Shown here: in pieces, positions 1 through 9,634 of the stretch | Layout: each line of letters begins with the position of its first letter | How positions within the stretch are numbered: the stretch's first letter is position 1 | NCBI GenBank assembly: GCA_016207165.1 | Contig: JACQQD010000001.1 | Coordinates: forward strand, 32,001-96,000 | Reading direction: 5' to 3' | Length of the DNA stretch: 64,000 nucleotides | From: Candidatus Micrarchaeota archaeon | Lineage (GTDB): Archaea > Micrarchaeota > Micrarchaeia > Norongarragalinales > Norongarragalinaceae | Notes under the pieces: model-generated | Databases searched by the model: none | Seen by the model: only the letters and a program-made list of their open reading frames with translations | What the model was told of the DNA's origin: nothing | Position numbers and translations under genes: made by a program

Positions 1-217
1 CGTTGGAAACGCCTTCCAAGGCCTTGACTTCCTCCTCGAAGTCCCGGCCCGATCCGTCTTCCGTGACAAACGACGCCTGAATGACGCGGGTTCCAAACAC
101 GTAGTCGATGACGTGCGCCTTGTTCACGCCGTCAACGGACTTGACCTTCTCCAAAACGTCTTCGGGCGCAACGCCCTCGACCGGAAACACTTTCATGACC
201 ACCATGACTTTACCCAT
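1..217 (-). CDS. ef1b: Translation elongation factor aEF-1beta (3' end runs off window)
   Basis: Hand translation MGKVMVVMKVFPVEGVAPEDVLEKVKSV...YVFGTRVIQASFVTEDGSGRDFEEEVKALEGVSN matches the archaeal EF1B pattern; not in ORF track. Confidence 0.85.
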   Translation of the reverse strand, partial: MGKVMVVMKVFPVEGVAPEDVLEKVKSVDGVNKAHVIDYVFGTRVIQASFVTEDGSGRDFEEEVKALEGVSN

Positions 218-227
218 TGCAAACCAC

Positions 228-644
228 CTAAATGCCCAACTGCGCTTTGACGCGCGAACTCTTAAACTTCTCCGGCTCCAACGCCTTGGCGCGCACGACT
301 TCCAACGACAAGCCGCGTTCCTTGGCAAACGACAAAATGCCGGATTCGTCCACGCGCTGGTCGTACCCCAGCACCACCACTTCCGGCCGCTCCTCCAAGA
401 GCACGTCCCAGAGGCTTCCGCCGAGATTTCCCAGACGCGCGCGGTCCACCCGCTTCTGTTCGGAAACCATGTCCAAGCGCTGGCCCTCCGAGAAAAACGG
501 CTTTCGGCCCTTGATTTTATGGGCCGTGGCGTCCCGCGCCACAACCACCACTAGAAAGTCGCCGTGCTTTTTGGCCTGCCGAAACAAAGCCAAGTGGCCC
601 GGATGCAAAAAATCAAACGTGCCAGCCACCAATACCTTTTTCAT
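228..644 (-). CDS. ribL: FAD synthetase / cytidylyltransferase-family nucleotidyltransferase
   Basis: VLVAGTFDFLHPGH (HxGH), LVVVVARD, LGYDQ and SS..K motifs; start reset to MKKVLV. Confidence 0.85.
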   Translation of the reverse strand: MKKVLVAGTFDFLHPGHLALFRQAKKHGDFLVVVVARDATAHKIKGRKPFFSEGQRLDMVSEQKRVDRARLGNLGGSLWDVLLEERPEVVVLGYDQRVDESGILSFAKERGLSLEVVRAKALEPEKFKSSRVKAQLGI

Positions 645-793
645 GGCCCCAAATTCCCGCACGAAATGCACTTGTACTCGTTGCCGCGGGCCTTGCAGTC
701 CGCGCACCGAACCAAGACGGCCCCGCAACTGGGGCAAGGAAATTTCGTGGCCTTGTCGCGCGCGTCGCGACCGCAACTCATGCAAACCGTCAT
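641..793 (-). CDS. Small Zn-finger protein (DUF1610/HVO_2753-like), 50 aa
   Basis: Hand translation MTVCMSCG...FPCPSCG...RCADCK...YKCISCGNLGP; four CxxC pairs; family is normally next to EF1B; ATGA overlap with ribL. Confidence 0.85.
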   Translation of the reverse strand: MTVCMSCGRDARDKATKFPCPSCGAVLVRCADCKARGNEYKCISCGNLGP

Positions 794-894
794 GTCAATA
801 AACCTCTTGCATTGCCCTGTGACTCCAACCGCTTTTATACGTTTTCAGACCCGAAGCCCGCACGATTAAAACGCAGAACCACCCAACGCCCTAC

Positions 895-1890
895 GTGGGA
901 TTCCTGTACGCTGACGTGGACCGGAAAGGGCGGCACAAAGTGGCCATCCAGCTGGGTCGGCACGGCCAACCGGACGCCACGGTGCCGGGCGGAATGCTGA
1001 CCTTCCAGGACCGGTTGGAACCGGAAATCAAAAGACAGCACACGGTATTCATTGAAATGGTGCCTGGCGCGGGAACGGGAACGCGGGAAGACCAAGTGGC
1101 ATTCTACCACCAAACCAACCAGGACGTACAGCACTCCATCAACGCACTGCTTTCGTCATCCACGGCCAATCCCAGCGATTTGAATCGAATGGTCACCCAG
1201 GAAAAGCCGGAACTGGTGTTCCCCGATGCCCACGTCACCAACGCCATGGTGGACCGATTCATTGAACAAGGCGGAACCCGAAGGCAGCAGGTCGAATGGG
1301 CACAGGGCGGGGTTGGGTTCCTAGGCGCAGGCACCGCGCTTTGGTTCTGGACAAAAAAAAGACGGCAAGACAAAGCCGCCTCCGGCACCAAAAGCAGGAA
1401 AAAAAGGGCGGCCGAGACGATGACCAGGCGCCAATTCTTCAAGCGAAGCGGCGTGGCGTTGGCCGCCACGGCAGCCGGCATTGCCGCCGTCAAGGAACTG
1501 GACTACGTCTCCCCGATTTGGTCGTGGTGGATGCGCCGACCCGGACTCATCAGCGGAATCCGGGACTGGGCGCGGCGGCTTGGCGGACGCAACCACGAAT
1601 CCATGGACTTCATCAAGCTCCGCAACGTCGTCATGGCCGAAAAAATCGCTCGCTTCATGCGCCACCAGTTCAAGGACGAACCCGCCGAAGCCGGGCTTTT
1701 AATCGGAGTGGCGCACGCCGGCATCAAGGAATATCTGGAGGACTCGGAACTGAGGCGCAAAACCATTGAGGCGTATCCGGGGCTTGACGAACTCATCGAC
1801 CGGGAATTCACCGAAAACGTCCAGCGCCACCACTACGACCCCAAGAAGGGACGATACGAGTTGGAAGACCTCAACCTCGGATTCCAGTAA
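895..1890 (+). CDS. Hypothetical membrane-associated protein, TraB/ChaN-like C-terminal motifs, internal twin-arginine-like segment
   Basis: Long ORF; hydrophobic segment, TRRQFFK motif, C-terminal RNVVMAEKI...LIGVAHAGIKEYL. Confidence 0.6.
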   Translation: MGFLYADVDRKGRHKVAIQLGRHGQPDATVPGGMLTFQDRLEPEIKRQHTVFIEMVPGAGTGTREDQVAFYHQTNQDVQHSINALLSSSTANPSDLNRMVTQEKPELVFPDAHVTNAMVDRFIEQGGTRRQQVEWAQGGVGFLGAGTALWFWTKKRRQDKAASGTKSRKKRAAETMTRRQFFKRSGVALAATAAGIAAVKELDYVSPIWSWWMRRPGLISGIRDWARRLGGRNHESMDFIKLRNVVMAEKIARFMRHQFKDEPAEAGLLIGVAHAGIKEYLEDSELRRKTIEAYPGLDELIDREFTENVQRHHYDPKKGRYELEDLNLGFQ

Positions 1891-1950
1891 CGCCCACCAC
1901 CCGAGAAAAAGCACCCTTAAAAAAAGGCGGCGCCACCACTTTCATGCATT

Positions 1951-2054
1951 GGGCCCATAGTATAGCCTGGACAGAATGGGAGCTTGCGGTTTCTGGAACA
2001 GGTTAAACCAGGGGCAAAAAGCTTCAGACCGGGGTTCAAATCCCCGTGGGCCCG
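1951..2054 (+). tRNA. tRNA-Arg(GCG) with 30-nt intron (1990-2019)
   Basis: GGGCCCA/TGGGCCC acceptor stem, GGAGC/GCTTC anticodon stem, GTTCAAATC T-loop, intron at 37/38. Confidence 0.9.
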
Positions 2055-2059
2055 CTTTC

Positions 2060-2467
2060 ATGGAAGAAATCCCTTTGAAGCCGTTGGTCCAGCGGCTCCG
2101 ACGACTGCCGCAACACATGCAGGCAAAAACAAATGTCGAACTTTGGGGCGCGCTTGGAAACGCCGTGGCCGACTACCTTGAAGCCGACAACAAAAGCCAT
2201 GCCACCGGACGCGAATTTGCCCAGGCCTACCACCAAACACTTGAATTGGCCGAACGAGGAGTGATCCGAGAAGAACAGTACCCAGGCCTCGGGAACCTCG
2301 GCAACCCAACGATAAACAACTTGTTTCGCCTTGCGTTTCCTGGCGTGGTACAAAAAATCATTCCAGAAAAGCACTGGGAGGATGCCCGCGAAATGCATTT
2401 ACGGATAATACGGGAGCGCATGCAAGCGGTGGCGGACGCGCAATTCAGGAAGCTATCGGAGAACTAG
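2060..2467 (+). CDS. Hypothetical protein
   Basis: ORF trimmed to ATG 2060, just after the tRNA. Confidence 0.6.
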   Translation: MEEIPLKPLVQRLRRLPQHMQAKTNVELWGALGNAVADYLEADNKSHATGREFAQAYHQTLELAERGVIREEQYPGLGNLGNPTINNLFRLAFPGVVQKIIPEKHWEDAREMHLRIIRERMQAVADAQFRKLSEN

Positions 2468-2523
2468 AAAACGTCGCGGCGTGCAAACTCTGAAATAGGT
2501 GGGGCAGAACCAGCTATTCACAT

Positions 2524-3654
2524 ATGCTCATCGGCTTGGTGGGACTGCCCAACAAAGGCAAGTCCACGCTGTTTAACGCGTTGACGCATTCTAACGCTCA
2601 AGTCGCCAACTACCCATTCACTACCATCAAGCCCAACGAGGGCGTGGCGTTCGCTACAAAAGAGTGCCCCCACGTGCAACTGGGTCTGGGCCACTGCGAC
2701 CCCAAGAATTCGGCGTGCGAAAACGGCATCCGAAAAATTCCCGTGAAAGTCCTGGACGTGGCGGGCCTGGTTTCCGGCGCTTCCAACGGAAAGGGCATGG
2801 GCAACCAGTTCTTGAACGACTTAAGCCGAGCCGACGCATTGATTGTCGTCGCCGACGCATCGGGGCAAACCGATGACGAAGGTAACCCCGCCCAAGGACA
2901 CGACGGACGCCGCGACGTGGAAATCTTGGAACAAGAACTGGATGCGTGGTTTACGCAAGTCGTGACCCGCAACGCCCAAAAAACAAAGGGCAACGCCTTA
3001 AGCGAATTCATTGAATCGCTTTCCGGTTTGAACGTTGAAAAACGCCACGTGATGGAGGCCTTGGCCGAAAACAACATTCCGGAAAACTCGCGGGAATGGA
3101 ACGCCATGGATTTGGAAAAACTCGCGGAATCCATCCGCAAAAAAACGAAGCCCTTGGTGGTGGCCGCCAACAAAATGGACTTGAAAGGGGACGCATCCGG
3201 CCTTGAAGCTCTAGGCTACCCCGTGTTTTCGACGTCCGGGGAAATGGCGTTGGCCAAACAAAAAGCCGTCAAAAACGGTTTCGCCAATGAACAAGGAGGA
3301 AAACTGGTTCCGGCGACCACCGACCCCAAGATCGTCTCCGCCATCGAAAAAATCAACGCCTTTGGAAACGACGGCGTACAGGCACTTTTGGACCACGTCG
3401 TGTTTGACGTCCTGAACCAAATCGTCGTCTTTCCAGTGGAAGACGAAACGCATTACGCCAACCATTTCGGCAAAATTCTTCCAGACGCGTTCCTCCTGAA
3501 GAAAGGCAGCACGCCCATGGATCTCGCGGAAAAAGTGCACTCCGACTTGAAGAAAGGCTTTCTGTACGCTGTGGACGCCAAAACCAAGCGCCGCCTCGGG
3601 AAAGACAGCGAACTGCAGGACGGAGCCGTCGTGAAAATCGTTTCCGCTAAGTGA
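2524..3654 (+). CDS. ychF: YchF/Obg-family translation-associated GTPase/ATPase with TGS domain
   Basis: GLPNKGKST, NYPFTTI, DVAGLV, NKMD and C-terminal TGS. Confidence 0.95.
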   Translation: MLIGLVGLPNKGKSTLFNALTHSNAQVANYPFTTIKPNEGVAFATKECPHVQLGLGHCDPKNSACENGIRKIPVKVLDVAGLVSGASNGKGMGNQFLNDLSRADALIVVADASGQTDDEGNPAQGHDGRRDVEILEQELDAWFTQVVTRNAQKTKGNALSEFIESLSGLNVEKRHVMEALAENNIPENSREWNAMDLEKLAESIRKKTKPLVVAANKMDLKGDASGLEALGYPVFSTSGEMALAKQKAVKNGFANEQGGKLVPATTDPKIVSAIEKINAFGNDGVQALLDHVVFDVLNQIVVFPVEDETHYANHFGKILPDAFLLKKGSTPMDLAEKVHSDLKKGFLYAVDAKTKRRLGKDSELQDGAVVKIVSAK

Positions 3655-4708
3655 CTTTCCGAACCAAATGCCTCTTTCCCGGACCGCCCACGTTCTGTTC
3701 TTCTTCTACAACAACCAACCGCTTCGACTCCAGTTGCGCCAAATACCGTCGAAGGGACCGATCCGGAACACCCAACTCGGCTTGTAAGTCGCCGGAGTAC
3801 TTCGGTTTAGTTAAGGCAGCGAGAACCTGTTCCTCAAGAGGGGATAAGCCCTGCATGCGCTTTTTGGTGGACGCGTTGAGTTCCTCTTGTTCCGTAAACG
3901 CCTCCCGTACGTCCTGTTCCTGAATCGCCAAACCGCCGCGCCGCTCGCAGGCTTTCCCCGCCTTCCACAAAACATCCAGGGCCACGCGGGCGTCGCCTCC
4001 GTTTTTGGCGGCAAACGCGGCGCAAAGGCCAACGACGTCCTCCGGACACGTCTCTTTGCGGAATGCCTTGGCCGCACGGTCCCGCAGAATGGCTTTCAAT
4101 TGAAGCGGGTTGTAGCGCTCAAACGCCAAGGCACGCAAAGACAGCGAGCTTTTCACGCGGGCATCCATGTCGTCAAAGACTCCGGGCTCGTTGGTCAAGC
4201 ACACGACGACCAACGGTAAATTCGAGCGCGACAAATCGTAGAACACGCCGTCCTCTTTCTTGTGAAACAATTGGTCCGCCTCGTCAATGGCTACCACCAG
4301 CCTACAGCCTTTGCGCTGGACGTGGCTGAATACCTCCTGCCTCACTTCGTCGGTAGCCAATCCGCGCCGAGGAATGGGAAAACCCAGTTGCCGGGCGACT
4401 TCCGTCAAGACGCCTTGGCGGGTGTAGTGCTGCCACGCGTTGACGTACACGTATTCCGAGGACTGGGCAAAGTCCTTGAGTTGGTCCAACACGTGCTTGG
4501 CGCACGACGTCTTTCCGGTGCCTGGCGGGCCATGGACCAACACGCCAAGGCCTCGCCGGCCTTCGGCAAACGGCTTTAACGCCAAAGCCAAGGCCTGGAT
4601 TTCATTTTCCCTTCCAGGCAACACGTCGGGCAAAAATTCCGGCGAAAGCACGGATTCGTCCAGAAACACGCCGCGATCGGAAACCGAGGCGAACACGTTT
4701 TTCTTCAT
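3647..4708 (-). CDS. cdc6: Orc1/Cdc6 replication initiator
   Basis: LPGRENEI, GPPGTGKT, YVNAW, IDEAD, GDARVALD and C-terminal wHTH. Confidence 0.9.
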   Translation of the reverse strand: MKKNVFASVSDRGVFLDESVLSPEFLPDVLPGRENEIQALALALKPFAEGRRGLGVLVHGPPGTGKTSCAKHVLDQLKDFAQSSEYVYVNAWQHYTRQGVLTEVARQLGFPIPRRGLATDEVRQEVFSHVQRKGCRLVVAIDEADQLFHKKEDGVFYDLSRSNLPLVVVCLTNEPGVFDDMDARVKSSLSLRALAFERYNPLQLKAILRDRAAKAFRKETCPEDVVGLCAAFAAKNGGDARVALDVLWKAGKACERRGGLAIQEQDVREAFTEQEELNASTKKRMQGLSPLEEQVLAALTKPKYSGDLQAELGVPDRSLRRYLAQLESKRLVVVEEEQNVGGPGKRHLVRKVT

Positions 4709-4764
4709 TCCAACCCTCAATGGCGAAAGCCTCAATAAAGCGCTTTGCACCAATTGGCCATTGG

Positions 4765-5334
4765 ATGAGCAAGCCAACCCCTACGCCCAGGACGCCGCCG
4801 CGGGAAGCCATGGTTTCCAAAGCCGTGGTGGAAGAAGCGGTACGCCGGCACATGGACCCCCGACATCCGTTGTTTGAAGACGTCGTCAGCGAAACGTGGA
4901 TTTCCGCCCACGAAAAATCCGAAAAAAAAGGGAAACCCCTTCCAATCAGCAAAATCGCAGAAATCGCCAAAGGCAAAGCCAGCCGGACGTTGGCAGAAGA
5001 AAGACAACAGACGGGCCAGGCCATAGCCCCCGCCGGATACGCCGAAGCGGTTGCACGCCTCCACCCCCAGACCCAGGAGTTTTTCACGCCCCGGCAAGAA
5101 TGGAATGCACTCATGGATCGCTGGGGCCGACACCTCACCCAAAAAGAGCGCGACGCGTTATACTTGAAAGTCATGAAAGACTTGAGTCTACGCGACATGG
5201 TTTGGGGGCTTAAGATAACGCCGGGTGCGGCGGAAAACCGAGTCTACAAAGCGCAAAAAAAACTGTATTGGAAGCTTTGGAACGACCCCGTCGTTAGAAC
5301 CATACTGGAAAGACGAGGAGGGCCCCGAAGATGA
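4765..5334 (+). CDS. ECF sigma-70-like protein (region 2 and region 4 HTH)
   Basis: FEDVVSETWISA (region 2-like); LTQKERDALYLKVMKDLSLRDM..L.ITPGAAENRVYKAQKKL (region 4-like). Confidence 0.6.
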   Translation: MSKPTPTPRTPPREAMVSKAVVEEAVRRHMDPRHPLFEDVVSETWISAHEKSEKKGKPLPISKIAEIAKGKASRTLAEERQQTGQAIAPAGYAEAVARLHPQTQEFFTPRQEWNALMDRWGRHLTQKERDALYLKVMKDLSLRDMVWGLKITPGAAENRVYKAQKKLYWKLWNDPVVRTILERRGGPRR

Positions 5335-6164
5335 TCAAACCCTGGTGGCAGTTGTTGCGAGCCGAACACGGTCTCATCGTGTTCATGGCCGTCGTCGTCA
5401 GCCAATTCGTTGTCACGGGCCGGTTCGAGCAAGCGTTTCTGTACCCGGCGCTAGGGCCCCTGCTCATCACGTGGGGCGCGTTTGCGTGGGGCGACTACTT
5501 TGGGTTGAAAAGCGATGCGGCGCTCAAACGTGTGGACCGGCCCCTGGTATCCAAGAAAATCAAGCCGCGGCACGCCTTGTGGGCGGGAATCGCGTTGATG
5601 TTGGCCGGGTTGGCCGCCACCAACCCTGTTGGACGCGAGGCGTTCGCCCTGGCTGCGGTATACACGTTGTTTGCGTTCGCGTACGACCCCATCCTCAAGA
5701 AAAAGCCATTGCTTGGCAACGCCTTCATCGCTTCCGCCATGAGCGTGAGCTTCATTTACGGCAACTTGGCCGCCCAGGTGCCGTTGGACAACAAAGTGGT
5801 GCTGTATGCCGCCGTCGCGTTTCTAGCCGGCTTGGGACGCGAGTTGATCATTACGCTGCGCGACGTGGCCGGCGACAAGAAAATCGGTGCGACCACGTTG
5901 CCCATGGTGTTGGGCGCCAAGAAAACCGTGCTGCTTTCCACGGTCCTCGTCTATGCCGCCGTAGCGCTTTCCCTAGTTCCCCTGCTTCGGCCCGTTCACG
6001 TCGCCTATATTCCATTGGTGATTCTCACCGACGCCTTGTTCTTGCTGGGAACCTACTACGCCTTGCTCAGCCAAAAAACCGACCACCTCAACTCGGCCCG
6101 CCAACTGACGTTGTACGGCATGTTGTTCGGTGTTTTGGCCTTCGCGGCGCTGGGCCTCCAATAA
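5331..6164 (+). CDS. Digeranylgeranylglyceryl phosphate synthase (UbiA family)
   Basis: GDYFGLKSD..R.DRPL and RELIITLRDVAGDKKIGATTLP motifs; multiple TM helices. Confidence 0.85.
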   Translation: MIKPWWQLLRAEHGLIVFMAVVVSQFVVTGRFEQAFLYPALGPLLITWGAFAWGDYFGLKSDAALKRVDRPLVSKKIKPRHALWAGIALMLAGLAATNPVGREAFALAAVYTLFAFAYDPILKKKPLLGNAFIASAMSVSFIYGNLAAQVPLDNKVVLYAAVAFLAGLGRELIITLRDVAGDKKIGATTLPMVLGAKKTVLLSTVLVYAAVALSLVPLLRPVHVAYIPLVILTDALFLLGTYYALLSQKTDHLNSARQLTLYGMLFGVLAFAALGLQ

Positions 6165-6199
6165 AACGGGTTTGAAAAGAAAGCGGAAAACGGGGGCAA

Positions 6200-6487
6200 T
6201 TAGCCCAAGACTTCCAGTTTCCCAAACTTGCCCAACGTGAGTTGCGACTTGTCCTGCCACGTGTTGACGTAGCCGTTCTCGATTTTGATTTTCGAGCCTT
6301 CCTTGACCAAGTCGATGTTGTCGTTCCACAACACCAACGTAATGGTTCCGGAGTCGTCTTGAATGGTGGCGTTGGCCACCCGCAGGTTCCGGCCCATCTT
6401 GTTGATTTCACGAGGCGCGTCGACGCCCACGACTTCCGCTTCCAGGTTCACGTTGCCGGTGCCCGGCGTAAGCTCACTGATTTTCAT
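6200..6487 (-). CDS. ssb: Single OB-fold ssDNA-binding protein (SSB/RPA)
   Basis: MKISEL...VANATIQDDSGTITLVLWND...IENGYV...LTLGKFG. Confidence 0.9.
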   Translation of the reverse strand: MKISELTPGTGNVNLEAEVVGVDAPREINKMGRNLRVANATIQDDSGTITLVLWNDNIDLVKEGSKIKIENGYVNTWQDKSQLTLGKFGKLEVLG

Positions 6488-6639
6488 TTTTTCCTCACCT
6501 TTCACTCCAACGAGTTTCGAGTCTACAACTAACTGGATTTTTACCCGTTAAAAAAGCTTGGGTAGAAAACCCCCCACAGGATTAATAACCGCCCAAGGCC
6601 TTAAAATCTGAAAACCTGATTTTCGGAGGAAACCTCGTT

Positions 6640-7689
6640 ATGACCGACGTCACGCAAACCCTGAAAACGTTAAGCGAGCTTCACGGCCCCACCGGGCAGG
6701 AAGACGCCGTCGCCGATTTCCTTGAAAACCAATTCAAGCAATGCGGTTTTTCCGTGCGACGCGACGTGCTAGGCAACGTGATGGCTTCGAAAGGAAAAGG
6801 AAAAAAAGTCATGGTCGCCGCCCACATGGACGAAATTTCCATGTCGGTGAAAAGCATCACCGACAAAGGGTTCTTGAAGTTCGTGAAAATCGGGGGCATC
6901 TACGACCCCATGCTGGTGGGGTCCCGCGTCATGGTCCACGCCCCAAAGCCGGTCCTAGGCGTCGTGGCGGCCAAAGCCCCCCATCAAATGGACGGCGAGG
7001 AACTCAAGAAAATCCAGGAAGCCAAGGACCTCTACATTGACGTGGGCGCCTCCAACAAAAAAGAAGCCGAGAAACTCGGCATCCGCGTAGGCACCCACAT
7101 CACCTTCGTCGCCGATTTCCAGACGTTTTCCGGCGACCGCGTCATCGGCAAAGCCCTGGATGACCGGGCGGGTTGCGCCACCCTGGTTTTGCTGGCGCAC
7201 GCATTCGCCAAAAAGACGCCGCCCGTGGAACTCCACCTCGTTGGAACCGTCCGCGAGGAAAGCGGGTTGTTTGGCGCCGGCGTGGCGGCCTTCGGATTGG
7301 AGCCGGATTTGGCCATCGCCGTGGACGTCACCCACGCCTTTGGCGCCCCCGGCGCCTCCGAAGAAGAGGTTCCCGTGGCACTGGGCAAAGGGCCGGCTCT
7401 GGCCGTGATTGAAGGCGGCGGATACGGCTTGATTACTTCCCATAAAATGGTGGACTGGATTGACTCCGTGGCCAAAAAGCAGAAAGTCCCGCTTCAAATG
7501 GACGTCCACGAACGCGGCGCCACCGATGCGTCAAGAATGCAGTACAGCCGGCAAGGCCTTTTGACGGCCAGCCTCGGCATTCCCCTTCGCTACATGCACT
7601 CGCAAAGCGAAATCGTGGACACCAAAGACGTGGAACAGACCGCACAACTCGTGGAAGGCATGATCCACGCATTTCCAGACTACAAGTAA
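6640..7689 (+). CDS. M42 family (TET) aminopeptidase
   Basis: AAHMDE, KALDDRAG, EE.G, DVT, GATDA, RYMHS. Confidence 0.95.
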   Translation: MTDVTQTLKTLSELHGPTGQEDAVADFLENQFKQCGFSVRRDVLGNVMASKGKGKKVMVAAHMDEISMSVKSITDKGFLKFVKIGGIYDPMLVGSRVMVHAPKPVLGVVAAKAPHQMDGEELKKIQEAKDLYIDVGASNKKEAEKLGIRVGTHITFVADFQTFSGDRVIGKALDDRAGCATLVLLAHAFAKKTPPVELHLVGTVREESGLFGAGVAAFGLEPDLAIAVDVTHAFGAPGASEEEVPVALGKGPALAVIEGGGYGLITSHKMVDWIDSVAKKQKVPLQMDVHERGATDASRMQYSRQGLLTASLGIPLRYMHSQSEIVDTKDVEQTAQLVEGMIHAFPDYK

Positions 7690-7786
7690 AACCACCAAAA
7701 AAGAAGAGGTTTGGGTACGATTCTACCCGATCACCTAAGCTTAAGACCGCTTTGCTTTAAAGCCGGCCACACCGTTACCTAAATTC

Positions 7787-8761
7787 ATGAACCGGCTTTC
7801 CAAGCTCACCAAAATCGTGGCCAAGCAACCCGTGCTTTTGATGTCGTGGAGCACGATGAACCCCAACGCCTACTACTTTACGGGGATCGATGACGACGCG
7901 TTCGCCGTTTTCATGACGAGAAACGAAACCATCGCCTACGGCCACGGAAGCTACGGCTTCGCCGACGAAACCCGTGAACCCAAGGACATGCGTGAACACT
8001 TCTGGGATTACGTCAAAAAACACGGAATCAGGAAAATCGGGGTAGACGAATCCGACGGCGCCCTTTATTCCAGGCTCATCCAAAAAAAAGTGGCGCCCGT
8101 GCCCCTTCACGCCCAGTTCCAGAAAATGCGGGCCGTCAAGGACTCCAGTGAAATCGCGTGCATCCAACGCGCCCAAAAAATCACGAAAAAAACGTTTGAG
8201 GAAGTTCTGCCCCACATGGACGGAAAAACGGAGAACCACGTGGCCGGGTTGCTGGAACTCTCGGCGCGAAAGAAAGGCGCGGCCCTGGACGCGTTCCCGC
8301 CCATCGTGGCATCCGGCCCAAACGGCGCGCAACCCCACGCGCGGCCCGCCAAGCGCATCATCAAGAAAACCGAGTGCACGGTCGTGGATCTGGGCGCCAA
8401 ATACCGCCACTACTGCGGCGATTTTACGTCCACTGTTTTCGAGGGCAAAAACCCGGAGCAAAAAGACGCGGTTTTGGCTGTCTTGGAATCCTACGAGGCG
8501 GCCCGAAAAAAAGCGAAAATCGGCGTGCACGGAAAAACCCTCAACCGCGTCGCCCAAGACGTCATCAAAGAGTACGGCTTCGCGAAGAACAGTTTCGCCG
8601 CCATCGGCCTGCGGTTGGGCCACTCCGTGGGCCTGGAAGTTCACGACGGCTTCGGCGTCGAAGACGTCACACTCAAGAAAGGCATGGCGGTCACCATCGA
8701 ACCCGGAATTTACGTTCCAGGAAAATTCGGCGTGCGTTTTGAAGACATCGTCACCCTGTAG
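7787..8761 (+). CDS. pepQ: Xaa-Pro aminopeptidase (M24)
   Basis: DLGA..YCGDFT, GHSVGLEVHD, TIEPGIY, GVRFED. Confidence 0.9.
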   Translation: MNRLSKLTKIVAKQPVLLMSWSTMNPNAYYFTGIDDDAFAVFMTRNETIAYGHGSYGFADETREPKDMREHFWDYVKKHGIRKIGVDESDGALYSRLIQKKVAPVPLHAQFQKMRAVKDSSEIACIQRAQKITKKTFEEVLPHMDGKTENHVAGLLELSARKKGAALDAFPPIVASGPNGAQPHARPAKRIIKKTECTVVDLGAKYRHYCGDFTSTVFEGKNPEQKDAVLAVLESYEAARKKAKIGVHGKTLNRVAQDVIKEYGFAKNSFAAIGLRLGHSVGLEVHDGFGVEDVTLKKGMAVTIEPGIYVPGKFGVRFEDIVTL

Positions 8762-8796
8762 AAAAGCTATAAAACAGTCACGCCATAACGAAGGCC

Positions 8797-9540
8797 ATGC
8801 CAACCCCCGGGCAGGAAAGAAATCAAACTCAAACCCTCCGGAACGCCCGAAACATTTTGCGTCAGGCGCGACGGCGTCTTCCATCCGAATTGTCCGACCA
8901 AGCGTTGTATCGACTGTCCTCGTACGACCGAGCCCTTGAAGCATTGGCGGAACGCGCCGGAAAATTCAATCACCCCGAGCCAGAAGCCCATGCGAAGTTC
9001 TTGGAGGCCTTGGACGCGGCCCGCCAAGAACACGCGAAAAACACCCAAGCATTCCGAAGGGCCCGCAACGAGGCACTCAAGGCGTTGGCCAGCGAAGAAG
9101 CCGAGCAATTGGCTCGCCCCCGGAAGATTCTTGGGGCCCTGGAACCCGAGGAAGACGCCGTGCGCGAGATTGTGGCCACGCTGCTTGCCCCCCAGTTTTT
9201 AAGAGGCCGCGCCCTGCACAGGCCCATGGAACCCGTCACTCGGCAGGACCACGTCAATTTGGTGCACGCCGTGTTGGCCGTTTACCGCGTCATCCGGGAA
9301 CCGAACAGCCCCCTGCGCGGCCACCCCATCGGAGACAAGCTGTCCAAGCTTCCGGAATGGGTGTACAAGTCCATGAGCCAGGCGTTCGTGCACGTGCGTG
9401 CCGGCCGCGCCGGTGCGGCGTTTGAAGACTCGCGACAGCGGTACCCCAACCCCTACGAACTCCTGAAAACACGGAAGGACCGGCAGCTGGATGACGCGTT
9501 CAAGGAATTGGAAGGCGGCCTGGGTCCCGACGCACCCTGA
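8797..9540 (+). CDS. Hypothetical Arg-rich helical protein
   Basis: ORF fills the gap between conserved genes; no recognised motif. Confidence 0.6.
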   Translation: MPTPGQERNQTQTLRNARNILRQARRRLPSELSDQALYRLSSYDRALEALAERAGKFNHPEPEAHAKFLEALDAARQEHAKNTQAFRRARNEALKALASEEAEQLARPRKILGALEPEEDAVREIVATLLAPQFLRGRALHRPMEPVTRQDHVNLVHAVLAVYRVIREPNSPLRGHPIGDKLSKLPEWVYKSMSQAFVHVRAGRAGAAFEDSRQRYPNPYELLKTRKDRQLDDAFKELEGGLGPDAP

Positions 9541-9634
9541 AGGCGAAAATACCTTTAAAAGACTTCAAAACCCTTAAGTCTACCAGGTCAACGCCTGATT
9601 TTGCATTCTTTTCCCAAAGGTGGTTTTTAGTCCC

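Noticed and set aside
3647-4765. Replication origin adjacent to cdc6
   Set aside because: Flanks are tightly coding, with no AT-rich stretch or ORB-like motif and no skew change
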